Assembly: GCF_000002075.1 (NCBI RefSeq)
Contig: NW_004797391.1
Span: 652,805 to 716,804 of the forward strand
Direction of reading: 5' to 3'
From: Aplysia californica
Lineage: Eukaryota
DNA length: 64,000 nucleotides
The notes beneath the pieces were generated by a model that saw only the letters and a list, made by a program, of their open reading frames with translations, did no database searches and was not told the origin of the DNA. Shown piece by piece: positions 62,758 to 64,000 of this stretch. The position numbers and the translations under genes were made by a program. Each line of letters opens with the position of its first letter. The stretch's first letter is position 1.

Positions 62758-63135
62758 CATACACTGGAAAGCTAAGAACCCTTGACTAAATGAAAAACAT
62801 GACTATAATTAAATAATTTGCCGTTTGTAGAGTCAATCCTGTCAATGAACTACACATATGTACACGATCTAGATTTTCTAGATCTATAATTTATACCTGT
62901 TCCCTTTGCCTTAAGGTTAGGAAAAGAGTTAGATTTCAGTATCAAAAAGGAAAAGTGATGCCAACTAAATTACTGAGCAGGGACTTTCATCTTCACGATG
63001 CTCTGGACTGAAATTAATCTGAAATCGTAGTCTAGATATTTATAAAATAATTGAGAAGAGGCGTTGGTCTAAGACTAAAAAGACAGTCTTAGACGAGGCT
63101 GCTAATAACTTAAGTAAGCCTGCATTCGTACATAT

Positions 63136-63275
63136 TAGATTCTAGATCTAGATCTAGATACTAATATCTAGATCTAGATATATATCTAGATCTAATCTAG
63201 ATCTAGAGAATCTAGATCTAGATCTAGATCTAGAACTAGATCTAGATCTAGATCTACATGTTGATTAGATCTAAA
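63136..63275. repeat. Palindromic (TCTAGA)n array
   Basis: About 140 bp of degenerate tctaga hexamer repeats. Confidence 0.92.
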
Positions 63276-64000
63276 TTACTAAGTTACATTCTGCCTTGAG
63301 ATCGAGATTTTCTGATACAAACACCTTCAAAAGAAACGTACTTGGGGTACCAGTTGTCCTTCTACTCGTTTGACAGCGATTCTTACCTTCACATTGATTC
63401 GATATGTATGACCAAAGCAACACACATTATCGAGGGATCCAAAGAATGCCACAGTACAAACCACACTAAAACCCTACCAAGTTTCGGCGTCTTTTGTATC
63501 TATGCCAAGAAGGACCGCAGTAAAAGGTCCTCAATTCACCATTGGCTAATAATATTACCAATGTTTATTTTTTAAATAAAAGAGCTCCCCTATTTTCGCT
63601 GTATTTATCGCATTTTTTAAGAACGCTTTTAAAATGTACGTTTACATGTAGTTGTATTTTGGAGTAAAGTAAAACCTAGGCCTTCCTACACCTAAAAAGA
63701 TCTATGATAAAGCTGATATATTAGTATAACTACATATTATGAAGAAAAAATGTACATGGGGGAAAGAAGTTCAATTTCATTGTCGCATGCTCTGCAGAAA
63801 AATGGGTCGTGCCGGCTTAGAAAATCCTTATTCGGGGATGCAGCAATATAATGAAAACAAGTATTTAGAGCGACAGTTAATCAGTTTGTTTGTTACTTAT
63901 AGTTTTAGATTAGATAATATTGGTCCACCATCAGGAAACTGGACTGACCAGAGTCGGATGTTTTCACGTAAGGGAACTCGCCTATACATTCACATAGTCA

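Overview
Eukaryotic (metazoan, probably invertebrate/mollusc-like; inference) genomic DNA, AT-rich and repeat-dense, with five assembly gaps. It contains three spliced host genes, reconstructed by hand from GT-AG junctions. (1) The first coding exon of a probable RFC2 gene on the minus strand (703-830). (2) A complete 8-exon GPN3 (GPN-loop GTPase 3) gene on the plus strand (5414-24481, 852 nt CDS, 283 aa), head-to-head with RFC2. (3) A 6-coding-exon, ~333 aa uncharacterised coiled-coil gene on the minus strand (59244-41617), convergent with GPN3. Much of the rest is mobile DNA: a full-length TTAA-flanked Kolobok-type transposon (29216-33620), a second truncated Kolobok-type copy, tandem MULE remnants, Sola-like remnants, piggyBac- and Tc1/mariner-type MITEs, tRNA-derived SINEs and three LINE fragments. 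The most unusual observation is a 16 x 44-bp minisatellite that grew out of the Kolobok transposase coding sequence, keeps the reading frame open (15 extra units = 660 nt) and shows a 3-unit higher-order periodicity. Also notable are three short templated insertions (two copy exon/donor junctions), inverted SINEs flanking two phase-0 exons, and (TCTAGA)n arrays that repeatedly sit just downstream of first exons or promoter-like blocks. There is no CRISPR, rRNA or true tRNA gene, and I cannot claim a confirmed new biological system.
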